From Macrostomum lignano (Eukaryota), in assembly GCA_002269645.1 (NCBI GenBank), contig NIVC01000305.1, forward strand, positions 372,001 through 436,000: a stretch of DNA of 64,000 nucleotides. The letters run 5' to 3'. Positions within the stretch are counted from its first letter, which is position 1. The number at the start of each line of letters is the position of its first letter. The notes under the pieces were generated by a model. The model did not search any database, was not told the DNA's origin, and saw only the letters and a program-made list of their open reading frames with translations. The translations under genes and the position numbers were made by a program. Shown in pieces: positions 33,386 to 45,719 of the stretch.

Positions 33386-33944
33386 TTTTAACTCGGCTAG
33401 ACAAAAAATCGAAGCACAGTGATAGAGCGCTCTGTAGTAATATGAACTTATTAAACGTAATTTAAAAAAGCAGTCTCTCTTGTCTAATAGTTATTCTCTT
33501 TTACGTTCTCTAAGAAATGCCTCGCTGCTGAAGCCTTGGGGTCCAAAATTAAAGGTCACATTTGCTTAAACTATTTACACTAATGGGCAATGCTTAAAAT
33601 ACAAAATCCAACTTTAAAATCGAAGTGGTGTCAATCGTTCTAAATACACAAATTTTATTCTTTTTGTGAATCTTTGTGGACTAATTTCTTTCTTAACCTT
33701 TTCTGCAACAAAGGGCATGATACTCCAAAACTGAGTCTATTTTGTACCTTATGTATGGAAAAGCTTTCACACAGAACTTACGGATTCAGAACGGTGAGTT
33801 GTATATAACTGTCACAACTTGAGACATCGCAAAATCTGAAGCGATCGCTGAGTTGACTTCTGCAACTTTAACTTTTCGACTGCACCTTCGACTGCACCCG
33901 CATACTGCCGTCCAGGGCCATGAAAGGCACAGAGTGAGGACCAA

Positions 33945-34200
33945 GGGTTTATTAGGCTGAGGACCATGTGTTCATTGGGCTGAAGACCATGGGTTCATTG
34001 GGCTGAGGACCACGTGTTCATTGGGCTGAAGACCAAGGGTTCATTGGGCTGAAGACTATGGGTTCATTGGGCTGAGGACCACGTGTTCATTGGGCTGAGG
34101 ACCATGGGTACATTGGGCTGAGGACCACGTGTTCATTGGGCTGAAGACCAAGGGTTCACTGGTTTGAGGACCATGACTTCATGAGAACTGAGGACCAATA
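33945..34200. repeat. 23-bp minisatellite downstream of copy 1; homologues at 44728-45010 and 55468-56035
   Basis: Unit TGAGGACCATGGGTTCATTGGGC. The third array is expanded and shifted to GAGACTGAGGACCATGATTTCAT. Confidence 0.9.
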
Positions 34201-34899
34201 ATGTGGTAGCGTGTGGCGTGTGTCTGGGGTGTTTGCATGGTGCTAGTTTGGTTTGGGTGTGTTATCGAATTATCGATTGTTCGTCCGAAGCTTCTAACGT
34301 TTTCGGCTTTGATAAATCTAAAGACAAAATATGTCAATTAATAAACTTTATCTGACATTTTCCAATATGCGAAATTTCCTCCGCTCAATTGGCAGTGAAA
34401 TTTGATAGCGAAGCTGCTATTCTAGTATGATGCTTCGAATTTGGACGAAGCAATTGCTTCTCTTTCGACACCTCGATTTCGCCTCGAATAGTAAATTAAT
34501 TTCACTAAAATATCAAAGCAGTCACGAACCTATAGAGTAAACACCTGAGCCATTTTTACACAGACATGTATAGATGCATGGACACCTGAGGTATAGGCCG
34601 GTGGGATATTTTCGAATCTCTTTTAGGGTTATTATTGTCATCTGGATCGGTATCTGGCAGTCAAGGTCAACTGATTATAGGCTTTTAGCCTGTTAGTCAG
34701 TTCTTCAAAGCCTGTTAGACAGTCTGTAGAGATCTCTAAAACATAGTATAAGCAGACTACTAGAAGTGGAAAGATAAAATATTTGAAAGACAAATTTTAC
34801 ATGCTACGGTTCATACTCAATTTTTAATAGTAATCACGAAAACAGTAAACGTCTATTCCATTATGCGAAAAACCGGTTCTCAACATCTAATTTTAGAAC

Positions 34900-36610
34900 T
34901 TCCTTTGATATCAATTACCGGAGGAGGGGCACAGAGGAAGGCATTCATGCCTTCAAAGGGAGTAGAGGGTGGAGCGCCTATAGTCATGCGTCAGGCTCTG
35001 CCCTGGATTTTGTAGAGATTGCCGAAATTCCAAAATTGCCGAAAGTGGGCTAGATGACCGCTAGCCCACACGAGGCTGGCGTAACAGATTGAGGGGCGGA
35101 TAATGGCAGTGTAAATCCACCACAGTTTTCTGGGGGTGAGCCCTAGGTGGTGCCCACGGCGCACCTGATCTGAGCCAGGACAGCCAGGGCTTTTTTGGCT
35201 TTAGTTTGAATGTGCGGAGTCCAGTTTAAGCCTGTGGTCCAGAGTGAGGCCCAGGCAGCGGACCTGCTTCTCCATGGAAATATCCTTTCCATAGAGGGCG
35301 AGGGGCTTAATGGTCCAGAGCAGTTTGTTGGTAAACATGACCGCTGTGGTTTTCGACTCTGAGAGTCTAAGGCCACATTGGTTTGCCCAACGCTCCGCTC
35401 GTCCCAGAAAGCCCTGCAGAAGATCTCTGAGGTATCAAACGAGGGACCCTCGCATATGGTGGTCACATTATAGGCATAGCCCACCTTGAGAATGGTGTCA
35501 TGGAGATCACTGCAAAGCAACTTATCCATGCGTCCTTTCTGGACAGGCGCCGTTAGAGAGCTGCTGTTCAGGTGGACCACGACAGTGCGGTTCCGGATCA
35601 TGAACATGATCCACCGAACAAGGGGAGGGTGCGTGGCCCTGGATTCCAGGGGTCTGCAAAAGGCCTCGAAGATGACATTGTCGAAGGCCCCCTCAATCTC
35701 CAGGAAAAGCGAGAGGGCAAAGCCGCTGCCAAGAACGGCCCTCTTCAGGAAGTCAACGATGACATTGAGGGCACTCTCAGTGGACCTGCCCGCGCGGAAG
35801 GCGTGCTGGTTATGCGAGAGAGGGAAGCGCTTCAGCTCGATTGAAAGTAAGCGCCAAAGCACCAGTCTTTCGAGGAGCTTAAGGCAGAAGGAGGTAAGGC
35901 TGATAGGCCTGAAGGCCTTCACCTATTGGTAGTCGCAATATCCAGGCTTGGGGATAAAGACCACCCGGGCCTCTTTCCACGCAACTGGTACATAGCCCAG
36001 CTCCACACAAGCTCGGAGGAGACGACAGAGGAGGTCTAGGAAGCGGTGGTTTTTCACTGCCTCGTGCAAGAACGCTTAGTAGATGCCATCGGGCCCAGGC
36101 GCCTTGAACGGGTTGAAGGACCTTGCCGCTCTAGTAATGCGGTCTTTGCTGATCATAGACTTTGCTTGGCCTTGCCCTTCCACGGTGGGGTCAGGCGGGC
36201 CCTGCTGAGTCGGAGATTTAGGGAAGCTCTCTGTGACCGAGCCATCAGGTTTCTTCACAACAGATAGTTTAGAAAAACGGTCGTTCGTGAGTGCCTTTAC
36301 CACGTGGGCTACGGGGCGAGAGCCCTCAAGCCCTTCGCAATATTGGCGCCACTTGGCCCTTCTGACTTGGCCCTTAAACTCGTGGATAGCACGGGTATAG
36401 GCCTCTCTATCAGATGGGTCTTTGGTTTTCAACGCTCGTCTTTGGAGGGTCCTGGCTCGGCGCCGAAGGGCTCTGGGTTTCACCAGGGAGCAGATTTCTT
36501 GCCTTTGAAGGCCTTAAGAGGGCAGGCTGCCTCATAGGCAGTGGTGATCGCCCCGTCCAGGGGGGAGGCGTGATCATCCACAACCCGGCAGTCAGAGAGG
36601 TCACTGGGGA
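34900..36610 (-). mobile_element. Decayed non-LTR retrotransposon RT fragment (LOA/R1-like, inferred)
   Basis: Frameshifted RT-region motifs: FKAPGPDGI, FRPISLTSFCLKLLERL, QHAFRAGRST, LEIEGAFDNV, and [17 protein letters not shown]. Confidence 0.85.
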
Positions 36611-36654
36611 CTGCTAGATCGGAACCCAACCATTCGATGGATGGAGTTGCCCTA

Positions 36655-37850
36655 GCTCCAGAGGCTTATTCTCTGGCGGCTGCTTTCATGCGAGCTGACA
36701 GCAATGCCCCTCAGCAATAATCAGCACGCCTTCCGTACCGAGAGAACGACTGACAGCGCCCTGCATGCGATAGTCGAAAAGATTGAACGGGCGGTACTGG
36801 GTGACGGTTACGCCCTGGCTCTTTTTCTCGACATTGTTGGCGCCTTCGACAACGTTATCTTTAAAGCGTTTCAGAGGGCCCTTCAAAACCGCAAAGCTCA
36901 CGCTACCCTCATACGGTGGATCATGTACATGCTCTCTAACCGTACGGTCACTGCCCAACTTCTCGGGCAAACTGCCTCCACCAGAGTCTGTAAGGGTGGA
37001 CCCCAAGGTGGAGTCCTCAGCCCGACGCTCTGGTATCTGGTCATGGACGCTCTTCTGGGTGACTCCCGACCTGATCCAGTTTTCAAAGTCGGGTATGCTG
37101 ACGACGTATTTGCCATTGTGGCAGGGCCGTCCCCCAGCACGCTCAGGGATCTGATGCAGAGCTTTATCCGCAAAGCAGAATCCTGGGCCAATGACAACGG
37201 TCTGGAACTCTCTGAGCCCAAAACCGTTGCCAATATGTTCACCAGCAGAATACGCTGGAACATACGACCTCTGCAGTTATAAGGCAGAGATATTGCCTTC
37301 GCGCACCAGACCAGATGTCTCGGGATCATAATTGACCACCGGCTCAACTGGTCCTTCCACGTGAAAGCAAAAGCCAAGCGTGCCTCAGCCATCCTGGCCC
37401 AGCTCCGACGAGCACTTGGCACTTCTTGGGGTCTTTCCCCAAAGCGACTTTGGTAGATCTACACTTCCGTAGTTAGACCTGCCATTACGTACGCCTCGGT
37501 TGTCTGGGTTAGCGCTACCCAGGTCAAAAGTCATGCAGATTTGCTCAACACGATCCAGGGCAGAGCGTGTAGGCTTATCTGCAACGCCACCAGGTCCACG
37601 CCCTTTGCCGGCATGGGGGCCTTCCTTAATCTACCGCTTCTCGACCTCTTCGTCAGGGGTGAGGCGGCTAGAACGACGCGGCGTTTACTTGATGCCGGCG
37701 TCAAATTCCTTTGCATGAGGGCACCTGCTAAGCGGAACCTCGTCCCGCATAGCGACCTGTGCCTCAACATTCTTAACGAGTGTCAGGCCAATCGCGTCTT
37801 CACCGATGGCATTGCCTCAACGCTCAACATATTGCTAAAAACTTTGCTTT
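36655..37850 (+). mobile_element. Second non-LTR retrotransposon RT fragment, related but distinct family, head-to-head with the previous one
   Basis: QHAFRTERTT, LDIVGAFDNV, GGPQGGVLSP, GYADD and WGLSPKRLW.IYTSVVRP, with in-frame stops. Confidence 0.88.
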
Positions 37851-38321
37851 CCTGACCCTCAACCGCAGTGGCTGACTCTGGACATATTCGTCACAGCTGG
37901 CTGGTCCCTGCTATCCTGCCTGTCCTTCGTGCCCCTGTTCGCTCACGTGGCCTACTCCAGTCGACTAAAGCGAGGTATACTGGACTTGGACCTGAATCAT
38001 TACGTCACCACGCTGGTGGTAAATCCTAATCTAATAGTTACCATGACAACAGGTGACAAAGCATCCGCCTTTGAGCCAGCTGTGAGGAAACAACGATTTC
38101 AATTTATAAATCTTATAATCGAAAACCGAATTAAATCATATATAAAAGTACGAGTAATCCTTTTCAGTCGTTCTCTACATTTTATCCAATATTAACGCTG
38201 TACATTGGAAACTGCGTTGTGACAGCTAGTCTGGTAAACTCCTTTAATTTATTGGATTTGACTTGTTATACAACAGCTTTTAGCCCTTTAGCTTCACTGA
38301 TTAGCCAGTAGATTCGCTTAA

Positions 38322-38855
38322 CAGTAGGAATGCCACGCCATTTTTCCGCCCGTCGAACTACCAAGGGGAAGGGGATTCCCCCCTAACAAGTGTTTTTGCT
38401 GCGCCCGAACGGAGCAACGCAGGCACACGAAATTCAAGAACACGGGCTAACCTTTGTTATGCAACTTCTCAAACAAGAATCAAGTGGCCAGCCCTCCGGA
38501 CCGTCGAGATATTCGACGATTCTGCCAGAAAGTCGGATTTTAGCCATAAGCGATAGTGTATTCAGTACACCCCTGTACGCCAATTAGCACTGCGCCTTAG
38601 TGCAGCCTTTTCAAGCCTCCAAATTTCATCAGCACGTCGATCACACGCGGCTGCTTCAGCTCTGACTTCTTTAGTCACTGGCCTTCACCCAGGCGGAGCT
38701 TCTGGACCTTCAACAGGTGGCACCAGGTGAGTTTGAGAAGTTGCACAACAAAAAGTTAGCCCGTGCTCTTGAATTTCGTGTGCCTGCGTTGCTCCGTTCG
38801 GGCGCATTAAAGAAATTGTCAGAGGGGGGTAAATTCCCCCTTGGTAGTTCTACTG
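38322..38855. mobile_element. MITE with ~120-bp internal inverted repeats, inserted at a TTAA (or TA) target
   Basis: Ends CAGTAG...CTACTG flanked by TTAA on both sides. Arms 38356-38474 and 38731-38850 are reverse complements. The homologous empty site TTCGCTTAATAGTAG is at ~31135-31149. Confidence 0.88.
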
Positions 38856-39788
38856 TTAATAGTAGCAAGTAGAGTGTAGTCTCATTAAATTTTAATTCAG
38901 TTTTAGCTAAGCAACGACCAAACAATTTTCGCAGAGTACTTCAAGCGAGTTGCCTTGCTGTAAATCTGTTTACAAACCAAATACTTCGTGTTGATCGGCA
39001 AGAAAAATCATCCAATAATCGACGAGATAAACAAAATCAACCTGCTGTCACTGAATAATCGAGGCAAGTCGTTGCTATGGATACAACAGAATGCATCTTA
39101 GGACAGGATGCATATTTAGAACAAATTACTTGAATCGACTTCAAATTTATCACTGCAAAGTAATTTTTTATCAAACTTTGGTAATCACGATTTATAGTAC
39201 CGCATAAATAGCCTACTTGAGTCAACAAATATACTCTGAAGTTTTTAAGCCGTTTATATGCGAGAGGAAACATATTTCGAGGTAAAATAACATAACAGAA
39301 TAAATTACAATGTCATATAGTTAATTACACAACCGACTCTAAAAATGATAGAGCCAAGTCAATTAGACATGAAAGCTCGTTGAAAAATACGCACGAAACT
39401 AATAAAAAGATTATTTACATTAATTAATTTCCAAGGCAAACGCACTGTCAGGACAAATCAACCTACGAGTAATCAAACACAGACGCAAATGATCCATCAA
39501 TTTATGAGTTAGCCAATAGCACTAAATGGGATGGCGATTCAATTATTCAATTATTCAATTATTCAATTATTCAATTATTCAAACGGGTATTTGCTATGCC
39601 CCGATAGCAAATAACCACGATTGCTTCCCATGAACACTGCTTAGTTTGGACTATATGCAATCATAAAACGCATACCGGATGCAATATTGTCTGCTTCTAT
39701 GCATCCATGTAGCATCCAGAGATTACAAATACCGGCATCGAAGCAGTGTATTAGTCGAATTAGAGGCATCTAAGTCGAATCTTTCGCG

Positions 39789-41117
39789 ATGGCTGTCGAA
39801 GGGATGAAGTTGCTTGCAATATTGCTTCTGTTCTGTTCGATCCTGGCAAAGGAATGCCTCGCCAAGCGGAGAGACTATCAAGCCGAGCTGTTCAAATACT
39901 TGAAGAACAACATTACTGACTACAGTCCGAAACTGCGACCTACGCTCGACCCAGACCAGGAGGTAGAAGTACACGTCATCGCCTCACCAGGAATGATTGT
40001 ATCCGTGGACAGTGCCAAGCAGAGCATGACAATAGCTGGTATGTTTTTTGCCAGCTGGTACGAGGAGCGACTGGTCTGGGACCCCCGGCTTTTCGGAAAT
40101 GTCACCGCGATGGACTGGGACGGCAACCAGCTCTGGTTCCCGGTCATATTTGTCTACAACGGCATGGGAGACAATCAACTACTCAGTCCTCAGTTTCCGC
40201 CGTACATCACTTCCGTGCAGTCCAATTTGTCAGTGGTATCGACAACCTGGAGACAGGAGTGGGAGTTCTCTTGCGAGTTTAATATGACCCGCTTCCCTCT
40301 GGACCGTCACATCTGCGACATGGAGCTGTTCATGAATTCCCGCGAATCGGACAAAATTGTCCTAAGAAAAGGCTTATTATTGGCAAACTCATCCTTTGAA
40401 TACAATGAAGGCGTGGCTTTTGCTCGTAACAGCGAATGGCGGGTGCTGAACCTCAGCACATTCATACGGTACAACGACTTCAAAATGTTCAAAAATCTGC
40501 CGCCAGTGAAAATGCCGAACTTCGTGATGCGACTGGAGATTGAGCGGGTGTCCACTTACTACATGCTCAACGTGGTGACTCCCCTAATGCTGCTCACGCT
40601 GCTCCAGGTGCTCGTCTTCTTCGTGCCCGTCGAGTCTGGAGAGAAGCTGGGCTTCGGCATCACCATCATGCTGAGCTACACGGTGTTCCTGCTGCTGCTG
40701 GACGGCCTGCTGCCCAAGTCGCAGTCGATGCCGGCCGTGGCGTCGTTCATCACGGCGGCCATGGTGCTGTCGACGTCGTCTCTGCTGCTGACGTCGGTGT
40801 CGATTCGGTTCCACTTCGCTGCGGAGTCTCAGCCGATGCCGTCGTGTCTCCGGGTCGTGTTCGTGAGCTGCCTGGGCCGCGTGATGCTGTGCGGTGAGCG
40901 GCGAGGCGGCAGCAGGACGGCACCGGAGGGAGACCTCGATGATTCTGCTGTGAACGAACCGAGCCATGACGATAAGAGGACCGGAGAGACGTCCGGAGAG
41001 CCGAGGCGCTCGGAGTGGCAGGTTGCAGAGGTCGCCGTGGAGCGGCTGCTGATCCTCCTAGGCTGTCCGGTCACTTTGGCCATCACGTTTTGTTTCCTTA
41101 TTTTTCCGTTTCTTTGA
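39789..41117 (+). CDS. Intronless Cys-loop ligand-gated ion channel, divergent nAChR-like; copy 2 (A-type)
   Basis: 442-aa ORF with the same architecture as copy 1 but a distinct M3-M4 loop and M4 (DDSAVNEPSHDDKRTGETSGEPRRSEWQVAEVAVERLL). Confidence 0.92.
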   Translation: MAVEGMKLLAILLLFCSILAKECLAKRRDYQAELFKYLKNNITDYSPKLRPTLDPDQEVEVHVIASPGMIVSVDSAKQSMTIAGMFFASWYEERLVWDPRLFGNVTAMDWDGNQLWFPVIFVYNGMGDNQLLSPQFPPYITSVQSNLSVVSTTWRQEWEFSCEFNMTRFPLDRHICDMELFMNSRESDKIVLRKGLLLANSSFEYNEGVAFARNSEWRVLNLSTFIRYNDFKMFKNLPPVKMPNFVMRLEIERVSTYYMLNVVTPLMLLTLLQVLVFFVPVESGEKLGFGITIMLSYTVFLLLLDGLLPKSQSMPAVASFITAAMVLSTSSLLLTSVSIRFHFAAESQPMPSCLRVVFVSCLGRVMLCGERRGGSRTAPEGDLDDSAVNEPSHDDKRTGETSGEPRRSEWQVAEVAVERLLILLGCPVTLAITFCFLIFPFL

Positions 41118-41579
41118 AAAAACATTCGGTGGCACCTTCACGGAGATGGGTTTTCTGATGGGTTAAAAATTCTCGTGTCTGACGAGAGTTTCGATATCTA
41201 AGCACCAAATTAACTTTGAAGATGATACGAAAACATTTTAATAGTGTAATAAAGTCGGTTACTAATATATAGTTGCACTGAGTGAGGTGAAGAGTAAGTA
41301 TCACGCTTAAACGTCATTAGTAATTTTTTCGGCGAACTGAATGTATAGATGTATACGGACACTGTACTAAAAAATTATGATTACTCTTTTCTAGGTCAAG
41401 TTTTTCTTTGGTAAGACCCTCTTGGCACAGCGCAAAAAGCTTAAAAAGATCAGAATAAACAACTTTTCTATGCATTGCCGCTATCCAATAAGATTCTTTT
41501 AAGTTTTCGATTAAAGCTTGTCAAAAAATGCATGCTGCTTCAGGTGTTATTTATAATATAAAATAGTACAATCATATAA

Positions 41580-41870
41580 TGATAGATAACACCTGCCCTA
41601 ATGGGCAGATTTGCAACCGACAGCTCAGCCGCAGCTATTGCGTGTCGCATCTGAAGGCTGCGTACGGCTGTTCAGTCCGAGGACTGGGGGGGGGGTTCAT
41701 ACACACCCTCAATTACCCCCAGCTAATGCTGATACAAATTTTACAGCTGGGTGAACCGAAGCATGTCAGTGTCTTGCTCGAGGACACAAATTGTTCCAAG
41801 AGGGTCGATAATCGAACCCCCGACCTTTCAGTCGTGAGTCCGACGCTCTCACCACTAGGCTAGATTTAAC
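41580..41870 (-). mobile_element. tRNA-derived SINE with a Nin/Deu-like central domain
   Basis: Minus strand has A-box TAGCCTAGTGG and B-box GGTTCGATT, followed by TGTGTCCTCGAGCAAGACACT and CACCCAGCTGTAAAATTTGTA. Confidence 0.6.
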
Positions 41871-42872
41871 TACATCCAATAATAAGATAGTTCAGATGAC
41901 GCAAGTGCAGGAAGGTTCCATGGGAATCGGCCAGAATTGCAAGTCTGAAAACGGCGCAGTATTATTTGATGCAAACATTTTGAAGGGACTGCGTGCGGAA
42001 AACTTATTATAAATCACGCATGGGTTTTATCATATATTATTTACCTTTTCATCCATATGATTTTTAACTAAATAACGCGTGTTAATGTGTCGGCTGCTTC
42101 TTGTGTGTCGAAGGAATTGAAGAAAAATGTGTCCACATTATGCTTTAAGCGACAAACCTCACATGTGAAAAATACTTGCTTGCTGTTATTCATTCTAAGT
42201 TACGCGTGCTAAAGCGCGTCTGCTGCCCCGTGAGGATCAAGGGGAAAACTGAGCACTACCGTGACTTATTGATATGTAATGTTTTAGGGTCTTTGACCTT
42301 AACTATGTATATAAGCTAGGACACAATGGATCAATGGTACAAGCTAAAATTAAATTGGGCATTAGTTATTATTATACGCTATCGTATCTCAGATGAATCA
42401 CATGTAAGTTCTTAGTTTGCGGCCGATTAGAAACTTATAGCTACATTTAGTCATTCTACATTAGATGTCCACACGCTCCTCGAGCGAGCTTTATCCAGAG
42501 GCAAAGATCAGCAGAGGAGCTGCGTAGAATCCGCAAATATCAGTCATACCTGGCAAAGTCAATTTAGAAAATGAATCGCAAATAATACTAATTTGCTGAT
42601 GAGACGAAGGTCACACAATGAGATATACCTGGTTCAGTCCTGCATCAGATTAATTACGGGATACTCAGTGACTGCAATTCACAGATGCTCGTAGCAACTA
42701 AATAGGCAGACTATGCAAACTTCAGAATTTGATAGCCTACTGCAGTGTCAACATGTAAAACGCATTTACGCTTGTATAGCTTAAAGGCTCGGGTTCAACA
42801 GGATCTGGGGATTTTATTGTCCAAGCTTAGCACGCTGCTCATCATTGAGACGGCTAACTCAACTACATCCAC

Positions 42873-44179
42873 GTGCCACAGTTCAGCCTTACCCGCTTCT
42901 GTTTGGTCTTCAGCGCCATCGCTAGTGTTCAGGTGGCTCAGCTAGAGACTTTGAAGCGGAATTGCTCGATTACTTGAAGACTAACAACTCTCGGTATAGC
43001 CGTACGCTCAGGCCGAAACTAGATCCACATCAGGTGATTGAAGTGTCGCTCGGTGCTTGTCTGCTGAAAATTCTGGACGTAGACAGCGCCAAGCAGAGCG
43101 TCACCATAGCCGCAACGATCTACGCGATGTGGTTTGATGAACGCCTCGTCTGGGACCCGACCCAGTTTGGGAACATCACAATATTGGAATGGGACAACCA
43201 GAAAATCTGGTTTCCTCCAATCGTTATTCTGAATGGTCTCGGCGACAATCAGCTGCTGAAGCCGGAGTTTCCATCATTTTTGGCCTCGATGTCATCGAAC
43301 AAGACATTGGTGTCGACTATTTGGCGACGAGGTTTCGAGTTCACCTGCCAATTAAGCATGTACCGATTTCCAATGGATCGACACGTATGCAGTTTTAGCC
43401 TGCAAAAGGAGGACCAGGCTCAGCTATACAAAAGTATAGTTCCAAGCAAGAAATTTTTGTGGAATGCGGAGAATGAGCAAGATGTGGAGTTAAATGAACT
43501 CGGTGCGCATAAAAACAGCAGCGAGTGGCGACTGCTAAGTTTGAGTACTTCGGTAGAATATGGACTTGTCAACTTTTTTAAGAATTCACCACTGATGCTA
43601 ATACCAGCCTACAATATGCAAATGGAAATCGAGCGGGAGTCCACTTACTACATGCTCAACGTGGTGACTCCACTACTGCTGCTCACGCTGCTCCAGGTGC
43701 TCGTCTTCTTCGTGCCAGTCGAGTCTGGAGAGAAGCTTGGCTTCGGCATCACCATCATGCTGAGCTACACGGTGTTCCTGCTGCTGCTGGACGGCCTGCT
43801 GCCCAAGTCGCAGTCGATGCCGGCCGTGGCGTCGTTCATCACGGCGGCCATGGTGCTGTCGACGTCGTCTCTGCTGCTGACGTCGGTAGCGATTCGGTTC
43901 CACTTCGCTGCGGAGTCTCAGCCGATGCCGTTGTGTCTCTGGGTCGTGTTCGTGAGCTGCCTGGGCCGCGTGATGCTGTGCGGTGAGCGGCGAGGCGGCA
44001 GCAGGACGGCGCCGGAGGGAGACGCCGATGACTCCGTGGTGAGCAAGGCGAGCGACGTCGGTGAAAGGCGCTCGGAGTGGCAGGTCGCAGCGGTCGCCGT
44101 GGAGCGGCTGATGATTTTCTTGGGCTGTCCTGCCGCAGTGGCCATTGTGGTTGCATTTTTCATTGTTCCATTCTGTTAA
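42873..44179 (+). pseudogene. Intronless Cys-loop channel copy 3 (B-type); start codon lost and signal peptide frameshifted
   Basis: Compared with intact copy 5, ATG reads GTG at 42873, and GCTCAGGCTAGA reads GCTCAGCTAGA (1-bp deletion near 42940). The rest (42962-44179) is open, with Cys-loop CQLSMYRFPMDRHVC. Confidence 0.8.
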
Positions 44180-45719
44180 TTTTACTCGTCTAGAGAAAAA
44201 ATCGAAGCACAGTGATAGAGCGCTCAGTAGTAATATGAACTTATTAAACGTAATTAAAAAAGCAGTCTCTTTTGTCTAATAGTTATTCTCTTTTACGTTC
44301 TCTAAGAAATGCCTCGCTGCTGAAGCCTTGGGGTCCAAAATAAAAGGTCACATTTGCTTAAACTATTTACACTAATGGGCAATGCTTAAAATACAAAATC
44401 CAACTTTAAAATCGAAGTGGTGTCAATCGTTCTAAATACACAAATTTTATTCTTTTTGTGAATCTTTGTGGACTAATTTCTTTCTTAACCTTTTCTGCAA
44501 CAAAGGGCATGATACTCCAAAACTGAGTCTATTTTGTACCTTATGTATGGAAAAGCTTTCACACAGAACTTACGGATTCAGAACGGTGAGTTGTATATAA
44601 CTGTCACAACTTGAGACATCGCAAAATCTGAAGCGATCGCTGAGTTGACTTCTGCAACTTTAACTATTCGACTGCACCTTCGACTGCACCTGCATACTGC
44701 CGTCCAGGGCCATGAAAGGCACAGAGTGAGGACCAAGGGTTTATTAGGCTGAGGACCATGTGTTCATTGGGCTGAAGACCATGGGTTCATTGGGCTGAGG
44801 ACCACGTGTTCATTGGGCTGAAGACCAAGGGTTCATTGGGCTGAAGACTATGGGTTCATTGGGCTGAAGACCATGGGTACATTGGGCTGAGGACCACGTG
44901 TTCATTGGGCTGAGGACCATGGGTTCATTGGGCTGAGGACCACGTGTTCATTGGGCTGAAGACCAAGGGTTCACTGGTTTGAGGACCATGACTTCATGAG
45001 AACTGAGGACCAATAATGTGGTAGCGTGTGGCGTGTGTCTGGGGTGTTTGCATGGTGCTAGTTTGGTTTGGGTGTGTTATCGAATTATCGATTGTTCGTC
45101 CGAAGCTTCTAACGTTTTCGGCTTTGATAAATCTAAAAACAAAATATGTCAATAAATAAACTTTATCTGACATTTTCCATTATGCGAAATTTCCTCCGCT
45201 CAATTGGCAGTGAAATTTGATAGCGAAGCTGCTATTCTAGTATGATGCTTCGAATTTGGACGAAGCAATTGCTTCTCTTTCGACACCTCGATTTCGCCTC
45301 GAATAGTGAATTAATTTCACTAAAATATCAAAGCAGTCACGAACCTATAGAGTAAACACCTGAGCCATTTTTACACAGACATGTATAGATGCATGGACAC
45401 CTGAGGTATAGGCCGGTGGGATATTTTCGAATCTCTTTTAGGGTTATTATTGTCATCTGGATCGGTATCTGGCAGTCAAGGTCAACTGATTATAGGCTTT
45501 TAGCCTGTTAGTCAGTTCTTCACAGCCCGTTAGACAGTCTGTAGAAATCTCTAAAACATAGTATAAGCAGACTACTAGAAGTGGAAAGATAAAATATTTG
45601 AAAGACAAATTTTACATGTTACGGTTCATACTCAATTTTTAATAGTAATCACGAAAACAGTAAACGTCTATTCCATTATGCGAAAAACCGGTTCTCAACA
45701 TCTAATTTTAGAACTTCCT

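Noticed and set aside
34900-37850. Twin-priming inversion of one LINE
   Set aside because: Both fragments cover the same RT region and differ substantially in sequence, so they are two elements, not complementary halves of one.
37929-38195. ORF conserved three times (30708, 37929, 48767) and ORF 38390-38587
   Set aside because: Conservation is explained by recent segmental duplication, the starts are non-ATG, and the second ORF lies inside the MITE.
40584-40967. Antisense Arg/Gln-rich ORFs repeated over each receptor TM region
   Set aside because: By-product of GC-rich codon use on the sense strand; they recur only because the TM DNA is homogenised.
41800-41870. tRNA gene (also 52640-52702 and ~25780-25835)
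   Set aside because: A/B boxes are present but there is no convincing acceptor stem, and the sequence continues into a SINE body.
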